64,000 nt of DNA from Myxococcota bacterium (lineage in GTDB: Bacteria; Myxococcota_A; UBA9160; UBA6930), in contig OZ245002.1 of assembly GCA_965223415.1 (NCBI GenBank), positions 2,496,001 to 2,560,000 on the forward strand. The letters are read 5' to 3'. This document shows, piece by piece, positions 8,155 through 18,648 of the stretch; position 1 is the stretch's first letter, and each line of letters opens with the position of its first letter. The translations under genes and the position numbers were made by a program. Below the pieces are notes generated by a model, which saw nothing but the letters and a program-made list of their open reading frames with translations, was not told where the DNA came from and ran no database searches.

Positions 8155-10791
8155 GTGGCGACCGAGCTCGAGAAGGCGCTGGGCCGCGGCCTGGCTCGTT
8201 GGGTGGCGTGGATCGGCGGGAGCGCCGGCGCGGCGCTCGCGTCGGCCGTGCTGCTGGCCGTGCTGGCCGGCGGATACGCGGCCGCGAACCTCGGCGTGAA
8301 CTCGGAGACAGACGACGTCTTCGACGCGGAGCTCCCTTTCCGGCGCGACCGCGCGCGCCTCGACGCGGCGCTCCCCACCCGCAATGACAACCTGCTCGTG
8401 GTGATCGACGGGCCGACCGCGCTGGCGGCCGGGGACGCCGCCGCCGCTCTCGCCGCCGAGCTCGAAGCGCAGCCCGAACGCTTCGCGTCGGCCTTCGCGC
8501 CGGGCGCCGGGCCTTTCTTCGAGCGCCACGGGCTCCTCTTCCTCGAGCTGGACGAGCTCGACCGCCTCGCAGATGATCTCGCCTCCGCCCAGCCCTTCCT
8601 GGCGGAGCTCTCGCGGGATCCGAGCCTGCGCGGCCTCTTCGGTCAGCTCACCCGCGCCATCGAGGAGGGGGCCCTCGATCGCGGAGGCTTCGACTTCGAC
8701 CGGGTGCTCGAAGGCGTCACCCACGCCATCGCCGATGCGGAGCGCCGACGCTCGCGGCCGCGGGCCTTCGGCGAGCTCGTGCTCGGGGGCGAAGACGAGG
8801 GCCCGGTTCGGCGCTACGTGATCGTCCAGCCGAAGCCAGACTACAGCGACTTCGTTCCTGCGCGCGCCAGCGTCGGCCGACTGGACGAGATCCTGGCGGA
8901 GAAGGGCTGGGCCTCGGGCGAAGGCGGCATCCGCGCGCGGGTCACCGGCGACCTCGCGCTCAAGACCGAGGAGCTCGCCCTGGTGAAGGCCCAGGCGGCC
9001 GGAGCCGGTGTCGCCTCCTTCGTCCTGGTGGGCCTGATCCTGTGGCGCGCCCAACGCTCGCGCCGCCTGATCGGCGCCACGCTTCTCACCCTGCTGGTCG
9101 GCCTGCTGTGGACCGCCGGGTTCGCGGCGCTCTCGATCGGCCACCTGAACATCATCTCGGTGGCCTTCGCTGTCCTGTTCATCGGCCTGGGCGTCGACTT
9201 CGGCATCCACCTGACCCTTCGCTACCGGGAGCTCCGCGCCGGTGAAACGGCGCACGCGCCGGCCCTTGCCGAGGCGGCCAGGGGAGTCGGCAGCTCGATC
9301 GTGCTGTGCGCGATCACCACCGCGGTCGGCTTCTACGCCTTCGTGCCGACGGACTTCCTGGGCGTTGCCGAGCTCGGCGTCATCTCCGGAACGGGCATGT
9401 TGTTGAGCCTGGTCGGCACGCTGGTCGTGCTGCCGGCGGGTCTCTCCCTGGGCCGGGGGCCGCGGCTCCCGCGCGCGGACCTCGCGACGCTGCGCCTGCC
9501 GACCTGGCCAACGCGGCATCCACGGCTGGTGTGCGGCACCGCCGCCGGTCTCGCCCTCGTCTCTCTCGCGCTCGTGCCGCGTCTCCACTTCGACGCGAAC
9601 CCGCTGCGCGTGCGCGACCCCGCGGCGGCCTCGGTGCAGACCTTCTTCGAGCTGCTGGACGGCGGTGACATCAACCCCTGGAGCATCGAAGTGCTGGCGC
9701 CGGACCTGGCCGCCGCCGACGCGTTGGCCGAGCGCCTGGACGCGCTGCCGAGCGTGGATCGCACGAGCACGCTCTCCACCTACGTGCCCGAGGGCCAGGA
9801 CGAGAAGCTGCTCGTGTTCGAGGACGTGGCCCTCTTCCTCGGCACTGCCGATCTCGAGCCGCTGCCGGCGCCCGGGCTCGCGGAGAACGAGGCGGCCCTG
9901 CGGGAGCTGCGCGTCGCCCTCGCCAGTCTCGAGACCGGGCCCGGCGAGACGCGCCGACGGGTGGCCGGCGAGCTCGGCGCGGCCATCGACCGCTTCGTCG
10001 CCGACCTGAATGGCGATGCGGTGGGCACCCTGCGCGTGAGCCTCGTGGAATCGGTGCTCGACCGGCTGAAGCGGCTCGAGATGGCGCTCTCGAGCGAGGG
10101 CGTGACCCTGGCCGATCTCCCGGCCGTTCTCCACCGCCGCATGGTCGCCGCGGACGGCCGCGCGCTCGTCGAGGTGTATCCGGCGAAGAGCCTCCGCGAC
10201 GATGCGGCGGTGGCGGAGTTCGTCGGCGAGGTTCGCGAGCTGACCGAAGGGGCGACCGGCACGTCGATCTACATGGTGGAGGCGGGGGCCGCCATCATGG
10301 ACGCTCTGCGCCAGGCCCTCGTGACCGCATCCATCGCGGTGGCGCTGCTCCTGCTGGTGCTGTGGCGGAGTCCCCGGGACACCCTGATCGCACTGGCTCC
10401 CCTCGCCCTGGCGGCGCTCCTCACCAGCGCGGTGTGCGTGCTGATCGACATGCCCATCAATTTCGCCAACGTGATCGTGGTGCCGCTCCTGCTCGGGATC
10501 GGCGTGGACAGCGGCATCCACCTCGTCCATCGCTTCCGGGCCGGAGCGCCTCCGGACGGCATCCTCGACACGAGCACCTCGAGGGCCGTGTTCTGGAGCG
10601 CCCTCACGACCATCGCGAGCTTCGGCTCGCTCGGCCTGGCGAGTCACCGCGGCCTTGCGACCCTCGGCCAGCTGCTGACCCTGGGCGTGGCCATCACGCT
10701 CGCGTGCAACCTCGTGTTCCTGCCGGCGCTGCTGACCCTGACGTCCGGCGCTGCTAGTCGCCCAGGGCGAACGCCGCCAACGCCTCGTTGA
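8155..10791 (+). CDS. hpnN: Hopanoid transporter HpnN (MMPL/RND)
   Basis: 'FFERHGLLFL', 'GLGVDFGIH' and 'GIGVDSGIH'; two TM bundles. Confidence 0.9.
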   Translation: MATELEKALGRGLARWVAWIGGSAGAALASAVLLAVLAGGYAAANLGVNSETDDVFDAELPFRRDRARLDAALPTRNDNLLVVIDGPTALAAGDAAAALAAELEAQPERFASAFAPGAGPFFERHGLLFLELDELDRLADDLASAQPFLAELSRDPSLRGLFGQLTRAIEEGALDRGGFDFDRVLEGVTHAIADAERRRSRPRAFGELVLGGEDEGPVRRYVIVQPKPDYSDFVPARASVGRLDEILAEKGWASGEGGIRARVTGDLALKTEELALVKAQAAGAGVASFVLVGLILWRAQRSRRLIGATLLTLLVGLLWTAGFAALSIGHLNIISVAFAVLFIGLGVDFGIHLTLRYRELRAGETAHAPALAEAARGVGSSIVLCAITTAVGFYAFVPTDFLGVAELGVISGTGMLLSLVGTLVVLPAGLSLGRGPRLPRADLATLRLPTWPTRHPRLVCGTAAGLALVSLALVPRLHFDANPLRVRDPAAASVQTFFELLDGGDINPWSIEVLAPDLAAADALAERLDALPSVDRTSTLSTYVPEGQDEKLLVFEDVALFLGTADLEPLPAPGLAENEAALRELRVALASLETGPGETRRRVAGELGAAIDRFVADLNGDAVGTLRVSLVESVLDRLKRLEMALSSEGVTLADLPAVLHRRMVAADGRALVEVYPAKSLRDDAAVAEFVGEVRELTEGATGTSIYMVEAGAAIMDALRQALVTASIAVALLLLVLWRSPRDTLIALAPLALAALLTSAVCVLIDMPINFANVIVVPLLLGIGVDSGIHLVHRFRAGAPPDGILDTSTSRAVFWSALTTIASFGSLGLASHRGLATLGQLLTLGVAITLACNLVFLPALLTLTSGAASRPGRTPPTPR

Positions 10792-11617
10792 AGCCCTCGG
10801 GGTTGTCCGTCATCACCGAGTGGCTGGATTGGGGCACCACCGCGAGCCGCCCGTTCGGTAGCGCGTCGTCCACCATGCGGTCGGCGATCTCCGGCCCGAG
10901 GATGTCCGAAGCGGCGCCTCGCACGACGAGGGTGGGGCAGGGGATCTTCGGGAGGGCGGCCCACAGCCGTGCGGACATCTCCTTCTCGTGGGCCTCCATG
11001 GCGGCCTCGTCCATGTCGCCCCGGGCGGGGAAGAAGGAAGGGTCGAGCTTGCGCTCCCAGCGCCCGTCGTCGCGCTGGCGCAGCTCGGCGGCAGCCATGC
11101 GGCGGATCATCTCCGGGGAGGAGACCGGAAAGTTGTGGGCGAGCACGCGTTCGTACTCCTTCGGCTCAGCGAAGGCGCCGTCGCCCCGGGCCTCTACCTC
11201 GCCGCGGATGCGCGAGGTGCCGCGGGGGTCGTGCTCGGGGCCCGTGTCGACGATCACGAGACCGGCGAGCTTCTCCGGATTGCGCTCGGCGAAGACCATC
11301 GCCGTGCGTCCGCCGAGGGAGTGGCCGACCAGCACGAAGCGCTCGATGCCGAGGGAAAGGGCGATCGCTTCCAGGTCCCGGGCCAGGTCCTCGTAGGCGT
11401 AGCGATGCTCCGGGTCGTGGCCGGAGTCGCCGTGCCCCCGCTGGTCGATGGCCAGGGTGCGGTAGTAGGGCGAGACCACGGGGACCGCCTGGTCCCAGAT
11501 GTGGGCCGTGTTGCCGAAGCCGTGGACGAAGACGAGCGGGACGCCTTCGGTGCTCCACTCGAGTACGTGGATCGGGTGGCCGTCGGCGCCGGTGACGAAG
11601 AGCGAGCGGGGCTCCAT
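10754..11617 (-). CDS. Alpha/beta hydrolase
   Basis: HGF oxyanion motif, GHSLGG nucleophile elbow and C-terminal His. Confidence 0.9.
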   Translation of the reverse strand: MEPRSLFVTGADGHPIHVLEWSTEGVPLVFVHGFGNTAHIWDQAVPVVSPYYRTLAIDQRGHGDSGHDPEHRYAYEDLARDLEAIALSLGIERFVLVGHSLGGRTAMVFAERNPEKLAGLVIVDTGPEHDPRGTSRIRGEVEARGDGAFAEPKEYERVLAHNFPVSSPEMIRRMAAAELRQRDDGRWERKLDPSFFPARGDMDEAAMEAHEKEMSARLWAALPKIPCPTLVVRGAASDILGPEIADRMVDDALPNGRLAVVPQSSHSVMTDNPEGFNEALAAFALGD

Positions 11618-11814
11618 GAGTGCGCATGCTATCGCAGCCCGCGGGTTCCGAACTGCTAACGTTGCGCCCCCGCGCCGCCGACGATTCCCGGCGGACGCGC
11701 CGGCCGCGCACCCGCCGCGCCCGCACACCCGCGGGAAAGCGTCGCGGGCCGCCCCGAAGGGACGGCCCGGCGCGGGAAGCCCGGCGAGAGAAGCCAGAGA
11801 AGGGAGGAGACCGG

Positions 11815-14082
11815 ATGCCGACGATCGAGACCACGCCCGACCTCGTGCGGAGCACCTACGAGAAGGTCCGCCAGAACCTGGAGATCGTGCGACGTCGGCT
11901 CGGGCGACCGCTCACCTACGCCGAGAAGATCCTGCTCGGCCACCTGAACGACCCGCAAGGGCAGGAGCTCGACCCGGGCGAGAGCTACCTCGAGCTGCGG
12001 CCCGACCGGGTGGCCATGCAGGACGCCACCGCCCAGATGGCGCTCCTCCAGTTCGTCTCCTCCGGACGCGAGGAGACCGCGGTGCCCAGCACGGTGCACT
12101 GCGACCATTTGATCCAGGCCTACCAGGGTGCCAGCCAGGACATGGAGACCGCCGAGGTGACGAACCGCGAGGTCTACGACTTCCTGCGCTCGGCCTCGGC
12201 ACGCTACGGCATCGGCTTCTGGGGCCCGGGGGCCGGCATCATCCACCAGGTGGTGCTCGAGAAGTACGCCTTCCCGGGCGGCATGATGATCGGCACCGAT
12301 TCCCACACGCCGAACGCCGGCGGCCTCGGCATGTTCGCCTGCGGCGTGGGTGGCGCCGACGCGGTGGACGTGATGGCCGGCTTCCCCTGGGAGGTGCTGT
12401 ACCCGAAGCTGGTCGGCGTTCGCTTGACCGGAGAGCTCAGCGGATGGTCGGCGCCGAAGGACGTGATCCTGAAGGTGTGCGAGCTGCTCACGGTGAAGGG
12501 CGGCACGAACCGGGTGGTCGAGTACTTCGGTGCCGGCACGCGCTCGCTCTCCTGCACCGGCAAGGGAACGATCACGAACATGGGCGCCGAGCTCGGCGCG
12601 ACGACCTCGATCTTCCCCTACGACGAGCGCATGGAGCTCTATCTCAAGAGCACCGAGCGCGAGGCCCTGGCGGACCTGGCCAACGAGTACGCGGACCTGC
12701 TCGGTCCCGACCCGGAGGTGGCGAACGAGCCCGACGGTTTCTTCGACGAGATCGTCGAGATCGATCTTTCCACCCTCGAGCCCCACATCGTCGGCCCCCA
12801 CACGCCGGACCTCGCGCGGCCGGTCTCGCGGATGGCGGCGGACGTGGAGGAGAAGGGTTACCCCGCCAGCCTCACCTCGTGCCTGATCGGAAGCTGCACG
12901 AACTCGTCCTACGAGGACCTGTCGCGAGCGGCGGACGTGGCGCGGCAGGCCAGCGCCCGCGGCGCCGGGGCGAAGACGAAGCTGTGGTGCACCCCCGGCT
13001 CCGAGCAGATCCACCGGACGATCCGCCGCGACGGCCAGCTCGAGGCGCTGGAAGGGATCGGAGCGGTGGTGCTGGCGAACGCCTGCGGGCCCTGCATCGG
13101 CCAGTGGCGGCGCGACGACATCGAGAAGGGCGTCCCGAACTCGATCCTCACCTCGTTCAACCGGAACTTCCCGAAGCGAAACGACGGGAACCCGGAGACC
13201 CTGGCGTTCATCGGCAGCCCCGAGATCTGCGTGGCCTACGCCCTGGCGGGGACCCTGGCCTTCGATCCCCTGACCGACGAGATCGAGGCCGCCGACGGAA
13301 CGCGCTTCAAGCTCTCCCCGCCCGCACCGGCGCCGGACGTGCCGGAGAACGGGTTCGTGGCGAGCAGCGAGGGCTACCAGGCGCCGCCGGCGGATCGCGC
13401 GGGCCTGGAGGTCGAGATCAGCCCCGAGTCCGAGCGCCTGGCGTTCCTGGAGCCCTTCGCGCCCTGGAGTGGCCAGGATTTCGCCGAGCTGCCGCTCCTC
13501 CTGAAGGCCAAGGGCAAGTGCACCACCGACCACATCTCGATGGCCGGCCCGTGGCTGCGCTTCCGGGGCCACCTGGATCGCATCAGCGACAACATGTACA
13601 TCGGCGCGATCAACGCCTACACCGGCAAGGCGGGCGAAGGCCTCGACCAGCTCTCCGGCGAGGCGGGCGTCTCCTTCCCGAAGATCGCCCGCCACTACAA
13701 GGCCGAGGGCCTGCGCTGGGTCGTCGTCGGCGACGAGAACTACGGCGAGGGCTCGAGCCGCGAACATGCGGCCATGGAGCCGCGGCACCTGGGCTGCGCC
13801 GCCGTGATCGTCCGCAGCTTCGCCCGCATCGCCGAGACGAACCTGAAGAAGCAGGGCGTGCTCCCTCTCACCTTCACGGACCCGGCCGACTACGACAAGG
13901 TGCAGGAGCACGACCGCATCAGCATCACCGGCCTCACTGCCCTCGCCGAAGACCAGCCCGTGACCGCTACCCTCCACCACAAGGACGGCAGCACCGACCA
14001 GTTCCCCGTCATCCACTCCCTCAACGACGACCAGATCGCCTGGTTCCAGGCCGGCTCCGCCCTCAACATCCTCCGCCGTTAA
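11815..14082 (+). CDS. Aconitate hydratase (mitochondrial-like clade)
   Basis: [38 protein letters not shown] and [20 protein letters not shown]. Confidence 0.96.
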   Translation: MPTIETTPDLVRSTYEKVRQNLEIVRRRLGRPLTYAEKILLGHLNDPQGQELDPGESYLELRPDRVAMQDATAQMALLQFVSSGREETAVPSTVHCDHLIQAYQGASQDMETAEVTNREVYDFLRSASARYGIGFWGPGAGIIHQVVLEKYAFPGGMMIGTDSHTPNAGGLGMFACGVGGADAVDVMAGFPWEVLYPKLVGVRLTGELSGWSAPKDVILKVCELLTVKGGTNRVVEYFGAGTRSLSCTGKGTITNMGAELGATTSIFPYDERMELYLKSTEREALADLANEYADLLGPDPEVANEPDGFFDEIVEIDLSTLEPHIVGPHTPDLARPVSRMAADVEEKGYPASLTSCLIGSCTNSSYEDLSRAADVARQASARGAGAKTKLWCTPGSEQIHRTIRRDGQLEALEGIGAVVLANACGPCIGQWRRDDIEKGVPNSILTSFNRNFPKRNDGNPETLAFIGSPEICVAYALAGTLAFDPLTDEIEAADGTRFKLSPPAPAPDVPENGFVASSEGYQAPPADRAGLEVEISPESERLAFLEPFAPWSGQDFAELPLLLKAKGKCTTDHISMAGPWLRFRGHLDRISDNMYIGAINAYTGKAGEGLDQLSGEAGVSFPKIARHYKAEGLRWVVVGDENYGEGSSREHAAMEPRHLGCAAVIVRSFARIAETNLKKQGVLPLTFTDPADYDKVQEHDRISITGLTALAEDQPVTATLHHKDGSTDQFPVIHSLNDDQIAWFQAGSALNILRR

Positions 14083-14156
14083 GTTAGGGGCCGGTTCCGT
14101 TTGTTAAGTTGTCGCTTGTTGTGTTGGGGGCCGGGTCCGCTTGTTGCGTTGTCGGG
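14078..14156 (-). repeat. Dispersed repeat, two tandem units (reverse orientation)
   Basis: GGGGCCGGTTCCGTTTGTTAAGTTG and GGGGGCCGGGTCCGCTTGTTGCGTTGTC; same family as the copies at 19133, 21740 and 51714. Confidence 0.85.
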
Positions 14157-14845
14157 AGGGCGGGGGCGAACTGGTAGCGGAGCCAGGCGCGAGCGCCGGG
14201 GTGGAGCAGGGCCGCGAGCGGGAGCAGGATGAGGGCGGCGAGCCAGGCGGCGTTGCCGTAGTCGCCTTCGAGCAGCTTGCTCCCGAAGGCCGCGTAGACG
14301 AGGCAGCGGGGCACGAGGCCGACGGCGAGGGCCAGGGCGAAGATCGCGGGACCCATCTGCGTCACGCCCGCGGCCGCGTGGTAGAGCGTCGTCGGGCCGA
14401 AGGGCAAGGCTGTGCCGACGGCCATCAGCGCCGCCGCACCGCGGGTGCCGGCCACGTCGAGGGTGCGCCGCAGGTTCGGCGGCACGCGCCGCGAGACCTG
14501 CTCGGCGCCGAGCCAGCGCACCGCCGCGAACACCCCGAAGCCCGAGAGGAAGCTCCCGAGGTGGCCGTAGAGGGCCCCCTCGAGGACCCCGAAGCACACG
14601 CCCGACACGGTCAGGACGATCTGGGAGGTGAGCAGCAGCAGCGTACGGAAGGCGACGATCAGCACCATCGCCACCGGGCCCCACATCCCGAGGCTCCGGA
14701 CGAAATCGCGCACCGAGTCGACGTTCAGGTCGACGTCCAGGGCCGAGCGCACAGCGAAGGCAATCCCCACCACCGCCAGGACGGCAACGAGGACGAGGAG
14801 GCGGCGCGCCGGCACGCCTCGGCTGGGGGAGGGGGATTCGCTCAT
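14084..14845 (-). CDS. TVP38/TMEM64 (VTT/DedA) membrane protein
   Basis: Hydrophobic helices and 'GVCFGVLEGALY'. The C-terminus reads through the dispersed repeat. Confidence 0.82.
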   Translation of the reverse strand: MSESPSPSRGVPARRLLVLVAVLAVVGIAFAVRSALDVDLNVDSVRDFVRSLGMWGPVAMVLIVAFRTLLLLTSQIVLTVSGVCFGVLEGALYGHLGSFLSGFGVFAAVRWLGAEQVSRRVPPNLRRTLDVAGTRGAAALMAVGTALPFGPTTLYHAAAGVTQMGPAIFALALAVGLVPRCLVYAAFGSKLLEGDYGNAAWLAALILLPLAALLHPGARAWLRYQFAPALPTTQQADPAPNTTSDNLTNGTGP

Positions 14846-14891
14846 GGGATGGAGGGCGGGGCGCTCGGCCTCCGGTAGCATCCCCGATGCC

Positions 14892-15830
14892 ATGCCGCCG
14901 CGCACGCTCGTGATCGTGAACCCGGCCAGCCGCAGCGGGCGCACGCGAAAGGCCTTCCAGGCGCTGGAGCCCAGGCTCCGCGACCTGCTCGGGCCGCTGG
15001 AGATCGACTGGACCAAGGCGCCCCGGGACGCCGAGCGCCTGGCGCGCGAGGGCGCCCGGGCCGGCGTGGAGCGCATCCTGGTCGCCGGCGGCGACGGCAC
15101 CGCTGGCGAGGTGGTCACCGGCGTGCTGGCCGCCGACCTGGTCGACGAGGTCCAGATCGGCTTCCTCCCCCTCGGCACCGGTGCCGACCTGGTGCGCGGG
15201 CTCGGCCTCGCCACCGATCTCGAGCAGGCGGTCGCCGACATCGCCGCTGGCCGCACCCGACAGGTCGACGCCGGCCGCGTCCACTACGTCACCCGCGAGG
15301 GCGAGCCGCGCAGCACCGGCTACATCAACTCCGCCACCCTCGGCATCTCCGGCACGATTTGTCGCATGGTCAACCAGACGGGAAAGTGGATGGGTGGCAC
15401 CCTCTCGTTCCTGATCGGAACCCTGCGCGGGCTGGCCCGCTTCCGCCCCGCCGCCGTCGATCTCGTCCTCGACGGCGAGAAGATCTACAGCGGCGACGTC
15501 GTCCTGGCCACGGCCACCAATGGTCCCTTCTTCGGGGGCGGGATGCGCGCCGCGCCGAAGGCCCGCTTCGACGACGGACTGCTCGACGTCATGGTCATCC
15601 CCGGCCTGTCGAAGCGGACGCTGTTCACGAAGCTTCCGCGCCTCTACACCGGAACGCACGTCGACGTGGCCGACGTGCTCTACTTCCAGGGTCGCGAGCT
15701 GGTCGCGGAAGCGGCTCCCGGTGCCCAGGGTCTCGAGGTGGACGGCGAGCCGCTCGGCTTCGCGCCGGCGCGCTTCGAGGTGCTCCCGGAGGCGATCACG
15801 ATCGTGGGCGTCCGGGAAACCGGTCGGTGA
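14892..15830 (+). CDS. Diacylglycerol/lipid kinase family protein
   Basis: IVNPAS, AGGDGT, PLGTG, FGGGM and DGE motifs. Confidence 0.92.
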   Translation: MPPRTLVIVNPASRSGRTRKAFQALEPRLRDLLGPLEIDWTKAPRDAERLAREGARAGVERILVAGGDGTAGEVVTGVLAADLVDEVQIGFLPLGTGADLVRGLGLATDLEQAVADIAAGRTRQVDAGRVHYVTREGEPRSTGYINSATLGISGTICRMVNQTGKWMGGTLSFLIGTLRGLARFRPAAVDLVLDGEKIYSGDVVLATATNGPFFGGGMRAAPKARFDDGLLDVMVIPGLSKRTLFTKLPRLYTGTHVDVADVLYFQGRELVAEAAPGAQGLEVDGEPLGFAPARFEVLPEAITIVGVRETGR

Positions 15831-16792
15831 GCGAGGAGCCGCTCTTCGATCGCATCCGGGAGGCCTGTGCCGAGGTCGCGCGCCGTGCCCGCCGCGTGCG
15901 AATCGACGACGCGGCCCTGGAGCAGCTCGCGGCCATCCTCGCCCGCGAGCGCCCGCCGGTCCCCGAGCTCGATCCGGGCCACCGGGAGCTCGGCGAAGCC
16001 GATGCCACTGTCGCCTACGTGGTCACCCTGAATGCGATCAACTTCGGCTCCGGCTGGTTCCCGCACCTGCAGAAGCGCCGGGGCCAGTCCGGCTACCTGA
16101 CCATCGCCCACGGCCTGCGGGAGCGGTTCGAGAAGGAGGGCCCATGGAGCGCCGGCCAGCTCGTCCGCCTCACCGCCGGCGACTGTGCCCGCACCTTCGG
16201 CCAGAGCACCGAGGGCCCGGCCGGCGAGCTCATGGAGCTCTTCGCCCAGGCCCTGAACGAGCTCGGCCACTTCCTCCACCGCGAACACCGCGCGCGCTTC
16301 GCGGGGCCGGTGGAAGCGGCGCGTGGCTCCGCGGCTTCCCTCGTCCGCATCCTCGCCGCCATGCCCTTCTACCAGGACGTCTCCCGCTACCAGGGCTTCG
16401 AGGTTCCCTTCTACAAGCGCGCGCAGATCACCTGCGCCGACCTGCACGCGGCCTTCCGGGGACGTGGCCTGGGCGCCTTCCGGGACCTGGACGAGCTCAC
16501 GATCTTCGCCGACAACCTCGTGCCTCACACCCTGCGCATGCTGAAGGTGCTGGCCTTCGACGCCAACCTGGAGGCCGACGTCGAGCGCGAGAGGCTCGTC
16601 CCCCACGGCAGCGAGGAGGAGGTGGAGATCCGCGCCGTGGCCCTCCACGCGGTCGAGCAGATCGTGGCGAGCTGCCGGCGTCGGGGCTGGCAGGTGAACG
16701 CGCAGCGCATCGACAACCTGCTCTGGTCCCGCGGGCAGAGCCCCGAGATCAAGGCCCGCCCACGTCATCGCACGCGCTGCACCTTCTACTGA
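15827..16792 (+). CDS. Queuosine salvage nucleotide N-glycosylase (DUF2419/QNG1 family)
   Basis: 'AINFGSGW', 'FYKRAQI', 'LTIFADNLVP', 'EEVEIRA' and 'HRTRCTFY'; GTGA coupling to the upstream gene. Confidence 0.85.
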   Translation: MSEEPLFDRIREACAEVARRARRVRIDDAALEQLAAILARERPPVPELDPGHRELGEADATVAYVVTLNAINFGSGWFPHLQKRRGQSGYLTIAHGLRERFEKEGPWSAGQLVRLTAGDCARTFGQSTEGPAGELMELFAQALNELGHFLHREHRARFAGPVEAARGSAASLVRILAAMPFYQDVSRYQGFEVPFYKRAQITCADLHAAFRGRGLGAFRDLDELTIFADNLVPHTLRMLKVLAFDANLEADVERERLVPHGSEEEVEIRAVALHAVEQIVASCRRRGWQVNAQRIDNLLWSRGQSPEIKARPRHRTRCTFY

Positions 16793-16827
16793 TCGTGGCC
16801 GCGCGAGGATCCGAACGGAGGAGCCCG

Positions 16828-17328
16828 TTGCTCGATCCCCAGCTCGCGTTCATGGCGGCGCTGCTCGCGGCTCTGGCCGGCCTGGCCTGGTGGCGCGGTG
16901 GCGAATCGCTCGTTCGCCAGGGCCTCGGCGACGGTCTCGATCTGTTGCTGCGCTTCGGCCTGCTGATCGCCGTCTCCTTCCTCGCGGCGGGGCTCGCCCA
17001 GGCGCTGGTCCCCCGCGGCTGGATCGAGGGCGCCCTCGGCCACGACGCCGGTCTGCGCGGCATCCTGATCGCCACCGCCGCCGGGGCGATCACGCCGGCG
17101 GGGCCCTTCGTCTCGATGCCGATCGCCGCGGTGATGCTGCGCGCCGGCGCTTCACCGGCGGCCGTGGTGGCGTTCCTGACGGCGTGGTCCCTGCTGGCGC
17201 TTCATCGCCTGGTGGCCTGGGAGGTGCCGATCCTCGGCGCGCGCTTCGCCCTGCTGCGCTACGGGGTCTCGTTGGGGCTGCCGGTGCTTGCCGGGCTCGT
17301 CACCCGCGCCCTCGCGCGTGGGGGCTGA
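16828..17328 (+). CDS. Putative permease (DUF318/ArsP-like)
   Basis: GGAGGAG RBS, TM helices and 'TPAGPFVSMPIA'. Confidence 0.72.
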   Translation: MLDPQLAFMAALLAALAGLAWWRGGESLVRQGLGDGLDLLLRFGLLIAVSFLAAGLAQALVPRGWIEGALGHDAGLRGILIATAAGAITPAGPFVSMPIAAVMLRAGASPAAVVAFLTAWSLLALHRLVAWEVPILGARFALLRYGVSLGLPVLAGLVTRALARGG

Positions 17329-18459
17329 GTGCTGGGGCGCGCCCGGGGGCTCCGGGATGCCGACGCGGACGAGCAGCCAGGCGATCTTCTCGCCGATCCG
17401 GAGAAGCGCGGGGCGTAGCTCCGTGGCCAGGTCTGGCGCCTCGCCGGGGCGGGTCGGCCCCGCCAGCACCTCTCGCTGGCGCGCCTTCGAGGCTTCGATC
17501 TGCTCCCGATAGAAGGCGGCGACGGCAGCCGGGGCCGGCGGGGCCGCGCCCGCCTCCTCCGCCGCGCGGGCGACGGCCCGCTGCCCCGCTCGGATCACCA
17601 CCGCCTCGCGCTCGGGCACCTCCACCGGCGCGCCGCTTCTGCGCTTGGCCTCGGCGACGAAGGGAATCAGCGAGAGGCGCTCTTCCAGCGCCGCTTCGAG
17701 AGCCGCCCGGGGCTCCGCGCTGGCCCACGCCTCTGCGATTCCCGCCTCCTCGCGGAATCGGGCGAGAGAGCCGTCGGCCTCGCGGGCGACGAGCCAGGCG
17801 TCGAGGTTCCGGGCCAGCTCCGGGCGGTCGGCACGGATCCAGACCGCCTTGCGATCCCGGGTGAGGGGCCCGATCGCGCGCAGGCGCACCGGGCTTGCGG
17901 TCATCCATCCCGGCGCCTCCAGGGTGTCGGTCAGCACCGCGTCGGCGCGGCCCTCCAGCAGCTCGCCCAGGACCCGTTCGTTGGCCGGGAGGGTGATCAG
18001 CTCGGCATCGGGAAAGCTCGCCCGCGCCACCCGCTCCAAGTGGCCGCCCCGGTTCACCGCGATGCGGCGTCCGGGCTCGGCCGGAGCGCGGTCGTCCTCC
18101 TCGCGCACCAGCAGCACCGCTCCGCTCTCCAGATAGGGCACGCTGAAGCGGCCGATCACCGAGCGTTCCGGTCGCACGGTGACTCCGCTCCAGACCAGGT
18201 CGAAGCGACCCGCGGCAAGATCGGCGTGGAGCTCCGGCCAGCGGAAGCGCACGAACTCCACGACCCGGCCCCGGTCGGCGGCGAAGGCGCGGGCCAGGGA
18301 CACGTCGAGGCCGGTCAGCACGCCTTCGCGGGTCGTGGTGCTGAAAGGGAGGTAGTCCCCGCTCGTGCCGACCCGGAGCACCTCGCGCTCCGGCGGCGAG
18401 GTGCAGGCGAGCGCCAGCAGCAGGGTCGCGACGATGGGGAGCGGGGCGGGGCGGCTCAC
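17152..18459 (-). CDS. Exported lipoprotein: cyclohexadienyl dehydratase (SBP fold) fused to chorismate mutase
   Basis: Lipobox LALAC; 'GTSGDYLPFS' and 'TDTLEA' (PheC-like); 'ERLSLIPFVAEAK..PVEVPERE..QIEASKARQ..LRPAL' (AroQ-gamma-like). Confidence 0.78.
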   Translation of the reverse strand: MSRPAPLPIVATLLLALACTSPPEREVLRVGTSGDYLPFSTTTREGVLTGLDVSLARAFAADRGRVVEFVRFRWPELHADLAAGRFDLVWSGVTVRPERSVIGRFSVPYLESGAVLLVREEDDRAPAEPGRRIAVNRGGHLERVARASFPDAELITLPANERVLGELLEGRADAVLTDTLEAPGWMTASPVRLRAIGPLTRDRKAVWIRADRPELARNLDAWLVAREADGSLARFREEAGIAEAWASAEPRAALEAALEERLSLIPFVAEAKRRSGAPVEVPEREAVVIRAGQRAVARAAEEAGAAPPAPAAVAAFYREQIEASKARQREVLAGPTRPGEAPDLATELRPALLRIGEKIAWLLVRVGIPEPPGAPQHSAPTREGAGDEPGKHRQPQRDPVAQQGEARAEDRHLPGHQAMKRQQGPRRQERHHGRR

Positions 18460-18648
18460 GGCCGGCGTTCTCCTCGGGCCGCCGATGATCCCAGGCCGCC
18501 GGGGAATTGACCACCCGGGGGGAATCTCCTAACGTCCCGGGCTCCCGGCGTCCCGGTCTCCGCCCCGGCGATCGCCCCGGCGCCGGGTGGGCGAGGCGTG
18601 GCGGCCGCGAGCCTCCCCTGCCCTTCCTTCCACCCGGAGGTTCCCGCC

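Noticed and set aside
14078..14156. AT-rich repeats as a CRISPR array
   Set aside because: Copies are dispersed kilobases apart, with no regular spacers and no cas genes.
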